NCBI GenBank assembly: GCA_038087875.1 | Contig: CM075997.1 | Coordinates: forward strand, 992,001-1,056,000 | Direction: 5' to 3' | From: Malacoraja senta | Lineage: Eukaryota | Length of the DNA stretch: 64,000 nucleotides | Shown here: piece by piece, positions 39,241 to 52,275 of the stretch | How positions within the stretch are numbered: position 1 is the first letter of the stretch | Layout of the letters: the number at the start of each line of letters is the position of its first letter | The notes under the pieces: generated by a model | Databases searched by the model: none | Told to the model about the DNA's origin: nothing | Seen by the model: the letters and a program-made list of their open reading frames with translations, nothing else | Position numbers and translations under genes: made by a program

Positions 39241-42200
39241 TGACTGTATTTGATCAAGGTTAATTAAGAATGAATCTGATGTTATTCTTGAGAGTTTTGG
39301 ATTTTCCGGTGCTTTATACGTAGAATGTTTTCAACAGAAAGACAATGTTTTTTAGCACCCTTGTGACAATGACCTAAACTACTTGGGGAAATGGCAAATA
39401 TTGACAAATATCAAAACTAAACTAGGTACAAAATGATTTTAGTTTGAAGGATGTGAATATTTTGTGTTAAAAAATATATAACCACAATAAAGCAAGTAAG
39501 ACTTGTTTTTTAATATAGCTGAGTGCATACAGCTTAGGTTTGTGGAATGATTATTTGTTTTTGTCTAAATCATGTAAAGCCCAAACTTTCTAAACTATTA
39601 CCACTTTATGGCAAACTATTTTGTAGATATTCAAAAACTTGACAACTTTTTAAAACAAAGCAGAAGCAAAAGAAATTGCACTGGAGTTCGCTAACTGTTT
39701 CTTAAACTTGCAAAAGAGATAATTTGAGAATACTTTGAATGTAATTTCTTTCCTCGTCCCAAAAAAACTTCTGCCACCACTGCTATAATTTTTTTCCCAT
39801 TCATCAGTTTAACTTGGCCCTGAATATGACATTTGATAAATACTGCCTTCTCAATCAGGAGTTGGTTCCTTCCCTCTGGAATTTTGGGACACGGTTGGAA
39901 TGAGTTCTGGATTACAGTGATTCTAGCTCATTCTTAATTGAGTATCATTGTTTAAGTTATTGATAAGTATTCGATAGCAAAATCACCATTTTAAAGTCGT
40001 GACATTTGATAAAGTTTTAAGGCAGCAATTGTTTGGTCTGGTTTTCGTCTCATGCTTTTTTTTAATGAATAGGGCAGTTTTCCACGTTGTTTGGATAAAT
40101 GAGAGCGGTGCTGTACTGATGCTAGTATGGAGGCACTGCTAGTTTAATTACAGCTGGGGTGTTTGCAACAATATTTTTTACTGTGTAACTGTGTATGTAA
40201 CTGTTTTTGATATAAAGTGAATCAGTTAGCTTTTATGATCATGGCAATATCAAGGAGATCGATTGCCCATTTTAGTATTCCTCAATGAATTATTTCCAAC
40301 AATTGTAGCCTTTTCTTTGAGCTTGTACTCAGTCATATAACGCAGAGTCAAGCTCTTTGGCCCAACTCGTCTATGTTGACCAAGATGCCCCAACTAAGCT
40401 AGTCCCATTTGCCTGCATTTGACCCATATCCTCCAAACCTTTCCTATCCATGTAGCTGTGCATGTGTGTTTTAAATGCTGTTATAGTACATGTCTCAACT
40501 ACCTCCTCTGGCAGCTTGTTCCCTATACCCACCACCCTCCGAGTGAAATTCCCCTTGGGTCTGTATTAAATCTTTGTATTAAACCCTTAAACACATGTCC
40601 TCTTTTTTTGATTTCCCCTATACCTGGTAAAAGACTGTGCATTCACCCTATCTCCCTTGTGATTTTATATATTTTATAAGATCACCCGTGTGCTTCAACA
40701 AATAAAGCCCTAGCCTGCCCAACATTCACCTCTCTGGCCATACACAAATGACCTCTTTGGTTTCTGAGGGGCCCTATTCTCTAGTTATGTGACAGACAGG
40801 AACGACAAGCTTTAAGCTGATCTCCATAAAATGCATATTTTGCTTTTGCGCAAGTGTGTAATTATCTCGTGGTTTGGGACTTTTTTCTAGAAACAAAGGT
40901 TGATTTTTTTAAATGCCTCAAGAGACAGCAAATACAGGAATCTGTAGCAGGGTCACAACTTGAAATATGGACTATCTATGCTACATGTCCCACCAGTAGT
41001 TTGTTTTATGCTCTTGATCCCTTGGCTTAATGACAATAGCAGAGCAAGCGATATTCTGGACTGTGAAGTTAGATGGTTCTGCTGGTAGCCTGCAACACTA
41101 TGTGTACATTTATTACCTGGATTTGTTTTGAATGCCCCATTTACCACAATAGTAAAGCCACGTAATGGAAAGTATCCTAGGTGTCGATGGGACAGGGATT
41201 CTTATCGTTATTAATACAGTCATGGCTGTATGTGTCTGTTTTGTATAGACTGAGGCTTTTTGTCTTCTGTCACTGCTTGTTGCAGGCTGTGTCTACTATG
41301 TATGCTTCAGGGCTTGATTCGATTTGGTGCCATCAAGCTATTCCTCGTAATGAGCATCTTTGAGCCTGCCACAATCGTTCCCTGTTCTTTGTTTATTATT
41401 CTCTACCTCTGACTAGTGTGTTTTACTGCTGGGACAAGACAGGATATTACATGGGGAGCATTGGAATCTGGAGTTTTGGCACAAATGCAATGTTCTGAAT
41501 ATTACAGTGTGGGGCTATTTCTTGTCTCGTCTGTGGTGCAGCTTGCTCAATGCAGGCACGCACCCACATAATGTAATGTTGGGGATGAGGGATGGAATGT
41601 GTTTTACTGAATTTTCAATGTATTTTTATGCCAATGTCTATGCAAAGGGGTCTTTGTATTCCCGTCCTATGGTTTGTGGCCTGCTGCAATGAAATGGCCC
41701 ATTAGACCATTTTCTAGGATGCAATTAGTGTTGATCATAATCTTGTGCTGGAGGGGTGAACATGACAGACAAAGTGAGGGCAAACAAATTTCCCTTCCTG
41801 GAGGACATCAGTGAAACAATGACATAGGATTTCATTACCTTTTTGATCCCATTATACTGTCTTTTTAATTAAGTTGTTATTTAATTAAATTGCCCATTTG
41901 CTTTGGGATTTGAATTTGCAGATCTCAACCTTTGGATGCAAACCTAATGTGAGCACAGTGGAATTATAGGATTAAATGGCTGGGACAGGGAAAATCAAAT
42001 TTTCTATAATTTATTAAGCATTTTGTTGATCTGTGCCTGAGCGACAAGAACTATTTAAATTTTGATTCTTGGCCCTGTTTAGCTAATTTGATGCAAAAAA
42101 AAAAAAATACTTGAAAAAACTAAAGAATGCAATTGACCAAACACTGCAGAAGTTTTGAAAGCTGGGACAGCGGAGGATATTTGGAACAATTGATTAAGCC

Positions 42201-42848
42201 ATAGTAGTAAATATTTCAGTTCTGATTTTTGGTTCATGTCCTGCTCTGAAGATGAGCTTAAAAATCTAAGCTGACATTTCTTTGTAGGCTGAGTGAGCAT
42301 GAATTATTAAATTGAGTCAATTATTAAGTAGAGGCTCTATCTTTCCTTCAGTTGGTTGTAAAAAGACCCACTGTGTGACTTTCAGTACTGGAGCCAATAC
42401 TTTCAACTCTTATAGAAAAAAAGTCTAACTTTAGGAGCTTGCTGTGTATAAATTGGTTGTCTTATTTCCTACGATACAATTATACTTAAATTACTGTGCC
42501 AATGAAATATTGAAGGATAACCTAGGTTTGAAGAAAGGCACTAGAAGCTCTAATCTTGTCGTTTATTTCCTAGTCCTTGTTTTCATTGACCACTGCAGTA
42601 GCTGCTATATCTGTGGAACTTCTACTTCTGGGATAAATAAAGTTTCCAAAAATCAATGGTATTAATATGTAATGCTTTTGTGTTTGGGTTTCCCAAATAT
42701 TATTTACCATTTTATTTATCTGCATCTGTAAATTGTCCTTAGTTGTTTTGTTTAACTAAAGGATCTGATTGCTGGATGTTACTATTTTAATGCAAGTTTG
42801 CAGAATCTTGCAGAACTTTTGTAAGAATAATATTCAATCTTTCCCCAG

Positions 42849-42968
42849 GAGAGCGATTACCTAAACCAGAACGTGGAAAAATGAGGGTGCATAAAATAAA
42901 TAATGTCAACAAGGCTTTGGACTTTATTGCGTCCAAAGGGGTGAAGCTAGTTTCCATTGGAGCAGAAG
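42849..42968 (+). CDS. ACTN4: Alpha-actinin-4 exon 3
   Basis: ccccag|GA...GAAG|gtaag, 120 bp, phase fits exon 2; [43 protein letters not shown] and HKINN are ACTN4-type (ACTN1 has LAKP and HKISN). Confidence 0.96.
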
Positions 42969-44689
42969 GTAAGAGAATTGTTTTCCGTCTACATAATATT
43001 GTATAAAACTTCTGAAACCAAGTGGTGCGGAATTCGGATTTTCAAACTTTCACGGAGATATGCATTCCTTTCAATTAAAATTTGTTTTCTGAGAACTGGA
43101 CTTGGCAGCTTATCACAGGGTCTTTAAAATCATGTTGAGGACATTTGGTTTGTCGTGAACCATTAAAACATGCTAAATAGTCTGAATAATTGTTCTTTGT
43201 GAAGCTTTTTTCTCTGCCTAGTTGCATATGGTTGTCTTGTTTTGGCACTTGGTTCCACACTTTTAAATATTCCAAATGGCTAATCTTGATTGTGAGCCTG
43301 AAAAGTTGGTGAATTTAACTGTTGAAAGAAAGTCAATAAATATAGTAACAGATGTACGACAACTGGGTGCTGATGATAAATGTATAGCAGACAATATTTA
43401 TTCCTCATTGCTTGTATTGCAAGAATCCATTACAAAAACTCAGATGTAGCACATGGTTTGAATTTTCCAATGTCTGTAAATTCTATATAAATGATTTGAG
43501 GGAGGATGAATAGATGTTTTACATAGCTTTTATATAATTCAAGAATAATTCTTTTGACTGGTTTGGTGCATAATATATCTGTATTACCACAAGGAAAACA
43601 TTAATTGTCAAATGGTACTATAGAACGTTAGAATGTATGTCGAAAGATTTAGAGGAAAGTTGAACATCAAACCAAAGCTAGTTTGTCATTAAGCATTTTG
43701 CCCAAGTTCCTTTATGTACGTCCCAGATGACTCCTACAAAAATTGCATAATAAGTGATTTAAAGTTATTGTAGGTAGACACAAGTAAATAAAGTTGCTTG
43801 TTGCAAGTAATGTGGCAATAGTTGGATTAAAAGTTTAAATCTCATTTTGAAATGTTGATTTTTGGCTGAAGCATTATCTAATTTGCATTTTTGGGTGGTA
43901 GATAGGTTTTGAAAGACTGTTTCTTGGCCTCAATGGTATAACAATTGTTGCTTGCAGTCAATGAAATGCTGCTATTTAAGTGTACGGAAACGCAGTTGCT
44001 AATTTGCCCATAACAGCAAAAGATGTAATGATGGCTAAATGATCGCAACCATTTGGAATGAAGATAGTTGAGTGGTATATTGGCCATTCTGCTCAGAGAA
44101 ATGGCTTTTGATAGTGTCACCCAAAAGCAGCTAAGGTCTTGCCCTAAAGGTGATATCTCCAACAAAATGCAGTTTTGTTGTCCTGTGTTGGCTAGATTGT
44201 GTGTTCATCCTGGAATGAGGCCTATAATTACAAGATTTAACCAGGGTAAGTGCACTGAATCATCACAGGTTATTGTAACGTGACACCTGTTCCAGAATTA
44301 CACACACAGACAGCGGTAGGATGTGGGGTCCTAATATCAAAAAGCCACAATATCTCCAACCATGCAGAAGGGTACCACATTAGAATATAGTTATATTGGA
44401 ATGGAATTAGAATCCCCAATTTGTTTCATATCCATATTTTGGTGTCATTAAGATTCTTCTCTCTTTTTCCAGTTTTTGGCCAAAATTAATTTACTATTTG
44501 AGAATCATAATTGTGTAAATATTGGGTTTTTTTGGGTTGTTCCAGCTTTGCACTAATGATCTGGTGCGAACGATATTTTTATTCTTTTGATGTTTCTATG
44601 TATCGAGTCGATGGTCATGGCACAATCACAGCTGACATTGCCACTGCAGCACTGAAGAGTTTTTGAGTAAGTGTTTATACAACACAAAA

Positions 44690-45300
44690 ATAAGTCCAAG
44701 TTACTGAGCTGAGCTTGTCCCTCTTGCCTGCGTCTGGCCTATATCCCTCCATGTACCTGTCCAAGTGTCTTTTAATTGTCATAATTGTACCTGTCTTCAC
44801 CACTCTCTCTGTCATCTCATTTCATACATCACCCTCAGTGAGGAAGAAATTGCCTCATCTGGTTCTTTCTAAATCTTTCTCCTCTCGCCTTAAACCTTTG
44901 CCCGTTAGTTTTATTCCCCTAAGCTGGGGGAAAGACTAGACAATCGGCCAATCAATATCTCTCATGTTTTTAATAAACCTCCCCAGGGGAAAAAAACCCA
45001 GGTCACCAGCCTCTCCTTGTAACTCCAGGTACCGACCTCCAGTGTATGCACCTTTTGATCCTTCCTATAGCAGGGCAACCAGAAGTCTATATAGTACTCC
45101 ATGTGTGACCATATCAACATGTCATTCCAACTTCTGTACTCAAGATGCTGACTAAAGGTAAGAGTGCCAAATGCCCTTGCCACCATGTCCACATGTGTGT
45201 CATTTTCATGCAACTATGTTGCTGCACCCTTGGGTGTCTCTGTTCCACAATACTCCCCAGAGCCCTACCATTTACTGTGCAAGTTTTGCCCCGGTGAAGG
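44690..45300 (-). mobile_element. Old CR1 LINE fragment
   Basis: Degenerate peptides HMEYYIDFWLPCYRKD and SYKERL. Confidence 0.7.
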
Positions 45301-45316
45301 AATTTTGCAAGAGGCA

Positions 45317-45406
45317 CAAAATGCTGGTGTAACTGAGCAGGTCAGGCGGCATGTATGGTGAGCATGGATAGGTAACATTTCAGGTTGGGACCCTTTTTCA
45401 GACTGA
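45317..45406 (-). mobile_element. Short Penelope-derived insertion nested in a CR1 fragment
   Basis: 12-bp duplication TTGCAAGAGGCA at 45305-45316 and 45407-45418. Confidence 0.75.
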
Positions 45407-45664
45407 TTGCAAGAGGCATCTCATTCACCACGTCTATGTTATGCTTTCACATGGCCTGGTTCTTTAAGAAAAACAAAACCAACAGTGCAAAGTTTCTGAA
45501 CACTAGTCTACTGTATGGAGGGAGCTCTGTTCAGTAAAGATAAAATATAGGAATTCAGTAGCAACTTTAAAACTCCTCCTTGTGGTTAAAGCCATGAAAG
45601 AACAAATTGAGACTTGGACGAATTATTTATTAGGTTGAAGTTGCTGAGATCTATTGCAATGTGA

Positions 45665-45895
<231 letters not shown>

Positions 45896-46092
45896 TGACA
45901 AGTAGATTAGTCTGAGTTCTTGTGTGCATAATGAGCAAAAATCCTTTTATGCTGTCAGTACTATGCTTTGTTTTTGAAGTGAAAATTAACCATGTCATAT
46001 TCATAAACTTTATCATCTTGACACAAATCTCATTGAGGTGTGCCACCTAGTACACCATACCTGCTAGGTATTGTCTCATTCATCCTGGACAG

Positions 46093-46364
46093 AGTTTAGT
46101 TTATAGACACAGTGCGGAAACAGGCCCTTCGGCCCAGCGATCCCCGCACATTAACACTTATCATACATACAATAGGGACATTTTACACTTATACCAAGCC
46201 AATTAACCAATGCGTCTTTGGAATGTGGGAGGAAACCGAAGATCTCGGAGAAACCCACACGGTCACAGGGGGAAGGTACACAAACTGTACAGACAGCACC
46301 CGTAATCGGGATCGAACCCGGGTCTCTGGCGCTGTAAGGCAGCAGCTCTACCACTGTGCCACCC
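46093..46364 (-). mobile_element. tRNA-derived SINE (HE1/V-SINE-like)
   Basis: A box TGGCACAGTGG and B box GGTTCGATCCC on the minus strand; same body as the copy at 35129. Confidence 0.87.
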
Positions 46365-47263
46365 TTAAATATTTCAAAAATCTTCTGGAGTTGTGAATGT
46401 CAGAGCAACAACTTAGGAATGGAATAAATATTTCCGTGTTCCCATTGGTAAATTACCAATTTTGAAAGGCTTGGCAAAATATCAGAATAATTGGTCATTC
46501 TTAAGGATGTGTTGTGCAGGGGAGTGGAAAGCTTCAATTGCGATCCTAGCCTGTGTAACTGTATAACTTGCTCATTTAGTGTTAGTGTTGCAGATTTAAT
46601 AATCGCAAGTTTAAAATTATTGAAACAATGCTGGCAGCCATGTTAATTAATTTCACTAGTCAGATAAAACATGTCGTAGGATACAAAATGGACATACAAT
46701 TTTGTGTGTACTCAGTCCTAATTAAAGTTTTTAAACCTAGTGAGTGATTTTTGAACTCTTGCCAATTCGGGTTCTGTTAGGTGTAAATAGCATTTTCATA
46801 GACGTTTTAAAAAACAGCAGGAAGCTGGATAGTTTTTGGTTGATTGTAATTTATGGATATCAATTTTTCCCAAATTTCGAGTAACACTCTAATTCTGAAG
46901 GATTACAACAATCCGTTGTTAAATATTAAACAACTTTTAATTCTTCTCTGGGTTGAGAGAGCTGGCAGCCTTTATCTTAGGATGAGGTTTTGTGTCACTA
47001 CAAGGCGGATGTGTTTCATATTAAGTGACACCTTGAAACTCTTTTGAAACATGATGCTATTATTGGCTTGGCAGCATGTAATTTAAAATGTTCTGTGCCA
47101 CATTCAAACTTGTAGGTATTTGGGTGTTTCCAACCACCAGTTTTGTTTTTCCTGATAGTTGCAAACCTAGATAATACATTTTACTTAATTTTAAACACTC
47201 TGCTTTGTTGTTGTGCACTTTTTATGGTAGTTCAGCAGTTCTAATGGTTGTTTTTGCTGCTGA

Positions 47264-47362
<99 letters not shown>

Positions 47363-49069
47363 TAATGTGTGCAGCATAATGAATCACTTATTCGCTTGGT
47401 GTGGGTGGAGGGGAGGGGGAAGGAAAGTGATCTCTTAAACTGGAGTGATAGATAAAAGCAGACTTGTAGCTAGCCTTTGTAGTCATCATATCTGTTACGT
47501 GAGTCCTGTTATTAATGTTCTTGCAAGATATGGATATTTTATACAGCTGCTGTTCATTTGAACGCTTGAGTGCCCTTAATTTTCACAATAGCAGCAAACC
47601 AGCATTTCTCTAAACTTTGCCTCCGAGGTGGGAGGTGTAAATTTCGATTGTAAAAGATTTGTTTAAAATATATGCTATGATTGAATACACCTTAGTTAGT
47701 TTCTGTTAGGTTCAGTTGGTATGCAACCACGTCTACATTCACTCTTTGCACTTGTTTGTTCCCATTTTACAGTAGATATATCAATAATAACATTGTCACT
47801 TAGCTTGTGAACATTTTGTCCTCTTAATTGTTTGGATAAAATCTTGCATAACTTGTGGTTGAATATTTTCAATTTATTGTGGCCACTGCAAATAAGTAAC
47901 ACGGAGACAGATAATTGTACCTATTTTCAATAGTGCCAATTGGAGCAAGAGTTTAGTTCTATCAAACTCCAATGGGCTAGATCAAAAGAAATGTTGTACC
48001 AGATAGGTTTGTGAAAGTTTGCAATTTGGCACTGTGCTTATTCTTACAATATCTTGGCATCATCCTTTACATCTCTTTATGAGCTGGTTTTAGCCTCCCA
48101 TTGTCATTTGCATTTTCCTTTTAAGATGCCATGGTCTGCCATAAATGCTTCTTTGCGAGGGCAAATTCCGTTGTCAAACTTATTTTAGATTTATGGGTCC
48201 CTCATTTTTGACTTCCCATCCAAAGGAAATGGTCTTTCCATATTGCTGCTCTCACCTTTCACTGTTTTTAAAACGTATAATATAAAACCTATTTGGTTTC
48301 TCAACTCCACTGGAAAGTGTCCCAGTGCTTCAAATTAGATTTTTGTTTAATACTTTGTAGTTTTATTCTAATACCATTTCATATAACAGTAGATTTATAA
48401 CTTTAAGATCATTTCTCATTTACAATATTGTTGCTCCTTGGGCCTTAATTTCTGAAGTAAAAATATCATTAGCATTGTATAATAGAGCCTTTTTGTATTA
48501 GTTACCATTCATGCAGGTTTTCTTTCCTTTTTAATGTTGCCATAATTCTGATAAACAAGTGCGTGCAATCTTGCTTCTCCAGGTATAAAATGCTATTCCA
48601 ATACAAATTTGGACTTTTGGCATGGCCTGTCAAGATATGAACTTATTGTAAACTTTTATGAAGTATACAAAGTTAATGCAGCCTTTCTGCAAGCATACTG
48701 AGGGAATTGGGCCATTTACATCAGAGCTGTTTTGGAAAGGATCTTCCTGTGGGAGGCAGCTCTACGATAAAAGGCTAACATTTCTGTGCACGTTTCTGTT
48801 AACTTTCAATGGGCTCTTTAGATGGGTTAGTGCAGTGCGTTGACCCAGGAGTTAATTTCATGGGACAAGTGTTTCCAGAAAATGTTGAGCTTAATGGAAT
48901 TGCACTTAAATTATAAATAGGTTTCTGCAGTGAATATATTCATTGAATTTATTTTTCCTTCCCTTGGTGCAGAGCACCTCAAACTACTTCTGTAACTGTA
49001 ATAGCTTTAACATATCCCAAAATACTTTTTGAATTGCTAATGCGGAACCTTTGTAGCTGTTCGATTTAA

Positions 49070-49312
<243 letters not shown>

Positions 49313-49382
49313 TGACTCGACTCTGAAGTTTAATTTCAATTACAATTCTTGAATTTTTAGAAAAGTCATGATCACAAAACTA

Positions 49383-49616
49383 GACACAACATGCTGGAGT
49401 AACTCAGCGGGGCAGGCAGCATCTCTGGAGAGAAGGAATGGGTGAAGTTTAGGGTCGAGACCCTTCTTCTGAATAGGTTCTGAACCTTCTTCTGAAGAAG
49501 GGTCTCGACCCAAAATGTCACCTATTCCTTCTCTCCAGAATGCTGCCTGTCCTGAGTCACTCCAGCATTTTGTGTCTACCTTCGATGTAAACCAGAATCT
49601 GCAGTTCTTTCTGACA
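49383..49616. mobile_element. Palindromic hammerhead-bearing insertion in intron 6
   Basis: Inverted arms, core at 49492; 16-bp duplication CATGATCACAAAACTA at 49367-49382 and 49617-49632. Confidence 0.87.
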
Positions 49617-49833
49617 CATGATCACAAAACTACCGGATTGTCATAAAGACTTGTTGGTTCACTAATCCCTTTCAGAGGAGGAAAACTGCCATCCTTTTAT
49701 ATTAGGGATACTTTTACCAATAGTTTGTATGTTTATGCTTGTGTTTAATGGAGAAAAACATTTTTGGAGGTAGCAACTTGAATTTTAATACTTACAAGGT
49801 ATGTGTTTGACCTTTTGGTTCCTCTTTTCCTGA

Positions 49834-49947
<114 letters not shown>

Positions 49948-50122
49948 TGAAAGAAATATACTTGGTGTTCAGTTATGAATGTTTCATTTTAAGGTTGCTA
50001 ATATTTTTTAATTCTCTAGCAGGCTTTGCATCTTTTTGTCAATTCTGATTGCATAGAATCCCTTGTTCAGAAGTAGACTGAAGTTTTTACAGTAGAAATT
50101 GATAATGTTAATTCAGCATTGA

Positions 50123-50416
50123 AGGTAGACAAAATTGCTGGAGAAACTCAGCGGGTGCGGCAGCATCTATGGAACAAAGGAAACCGGCAATGTTTCGGGC
50201 CAAAACCCTTTTTCAGATTTTCGGGCCAAAACCCTTCTTGCGATCAGTCTGAAGAAGGGTTTTGGCCCGAAACGTTGCCATCAGTCTGAAGAAGGGTTTT
50301 GGCCCAAAACGTTGCCTATTTCCTTCGCTCCATAGATGCTGTCGCACCCACTGAGTTTCTCCAGCAATTTTGTCTACCTTTGATTTTCCAGCATCTGCAG
50401 TTCCTTCTTGAACAAC
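50123..50416. mobile_element. Palindromic insertion with tandem hammerhead cores in intron 7
   Basis: Cores at 50249 and 50286; 15-bp duplication TTAATTCAGCATTGA at 50108-50122 and 50417-50431. Confidence 0.87.
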
Positions 50417-52247
50417 TTAATTCAGCATTGACTGGTTATTGTCAGCAAGATTTTGTAGGTTGGCCTGAATATGTAATGCTCGAGATAGCCCATTCCAGTG
50501 ACCAATAGGGAGAGTCAGAAAGGGCTAGTAGTGAATAGCATGTTAAAATGTCTTTGAGAGCCTTGGCTACAGCAATGCAGGCAGAAATCTTTGATGTACA
50601 AAGAGTGCTGGGCTTGTTATTACTTGGAAATCCTCCTTTCAGTGTTCCCTCTAATGAGATCCTTAAAATAATTCACACGTGGGGGGGGGGGGGGGGCTCC
50701 CAATAGACTTATCTCTAATTACTCGTTGAATAATTGTTCTATTAGGTAATTCTGATGGTGCAAAAAGTAACAGGAAATCACTTTTTGGACTTTGAAACGT
50801 TACTGCTTTGGTTATATGAAATTTTGGTTAGAGTACAAAGTGATACTTTCCAAGTCGTGTTGATATTTTTAAATTAATAGTTGGTCAAGTACTTAAAGGT
50901 GTATTTGTTTGGATCACAGTAATTTGTAGTTACAGCTGGAAGAATGTTGGAATTGGATGCCTTGAGCTAGAATTACCAAGCGATTTGTTTATTTAAAATT
51001 AAGTTTAAAAGTAGCTTTATCTTAACATTAGATGTTTGACAACTGTAGATCAAGAGAAGGATGTAGCATTTACACCAACAGGTGGCCAGTGTAGGCTCAG
51101 TGGGCCATAAACTTAATTCCATATTTACATTTATGGTGTTTGTATTTATTTAAAGATTTGAGAAAAATTCTGGCTTGGCAGCATTTTCCTTGCAGTTATT
51201 AACATCCCACCTTGGGAAATGGCTTCCAATATCCCCCATGAGGACACCTACATCATCTGACTGTTAGCTGCCCCAATGATCTTGTCATTATTTCAGGGAT
51301 CCCAGGTCAGCATCTCAATGAAAGGTGGGACCTGCAACATGGGAGGAGCACTGGCGGCACAACTTGGCACTACCTCCTATCTGCCTTGTGCTGCCTTTGT
51401 GGTGGGGGGGGGGGAGGGGTGGAGGGGTACTTTACAAAATACTATATGGATTTTAAATGCAATACAGTTACTTAAGGAGTGAAAACCTGATTGTTTTGAG
51501 TTGCACAATTGAGTGAAGTGTATTTTACAACTAAGATCTGTTAATGATGTGGGTTTTTTTTGTTGCTATTTGTCTCAAAGAAGGCATGTCCAGAAATATA
51601 TGGTTTGGATGTCCTTTAACTCCAACGCTATCTGTAGAACAGGTCAACTCCCAACCTATAACGAACCTTTAATGAGATTAAGCTATTGTTGCTCGGCTTT
51701 GCAGGAAGTGCTTAAATCCAACTTCAGTGAACTATGAACATTAGTGTAGGAAATGAATGCCATTAGGGAATGATGATGCAGATGCTTCCTTGCCAAGTGC
51801 AAAGCTAAACATGTGCTGATGCAATCATCATGCTAGAAGGTTATACTTTGTTCTTAGTGGATGTACCAGTAATGTTGCAGCAAGAACATTTTACTTGGCT
51901 GGTGAGTAGTTGTTTTCCAGTTTGTTTGAGGTATATATCTGTTCCTACAGCCAAGCAAATCCAGTAGTAGTTGAAATTAATTTTGTTTTTATGCTAACTT
52001 GGCAGAAAGGGTTCAACCTAGTTTGGAAAAGAAAATGGATTCAATTGCTCCATTAATAGTCGTTGGTTTCCATGAGGACACAGATGATGGGCAAGGATGA
52101 GATTTCCATGTGTGTACGCATGACAGATAAGGATGAGAATTGGCTTGCACATTGCATTGAAAGAATTTAAGAAGGAACTGCAGATGCTGGAAAATCGAAG
52201 GTAGAGCCTTCGATAGGCAACGTTTCGGGCCGAAACCCCCCTTCAGT

Positions 52248-52275
52248 CTGAAGAAGGGTTTCGGCCCGAAACGTT
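52248..52275 (+). ncRNA. Minimal hammerhead-ribozyme-like core (subfamily 2) inside a palindromic insertion at about 52162-52339
   Basis: CTGAAGA-A-GGGT-TTCG-GCCC-GAAA-CGTT; flanking duplication TTGCATTGAA at 52152 and 52340. Confidence 0.62.

Noticed and set aside
42300-44200. Faint ancient SINE/L2-like remnants (also near 2400-2900, 51130-51350, 58180-58460 and 60500-61250)
   Set aside because: Too diverged to assign a family or boundaries by eye. An HMM-based repeat search is needed.
46295-46364. tRNA gene
   Set aside because: The A and B boxes run straight into a SINE body and tail, so this is a SINE head.
50243-50320. 37-bp direct repeats with internal dyad symmetry resembling a CRISPR array
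   Set aside because: Only two adjacent units, no spacers, no cas genes, and a eukaryotic context. Explained as hammerhead cores.
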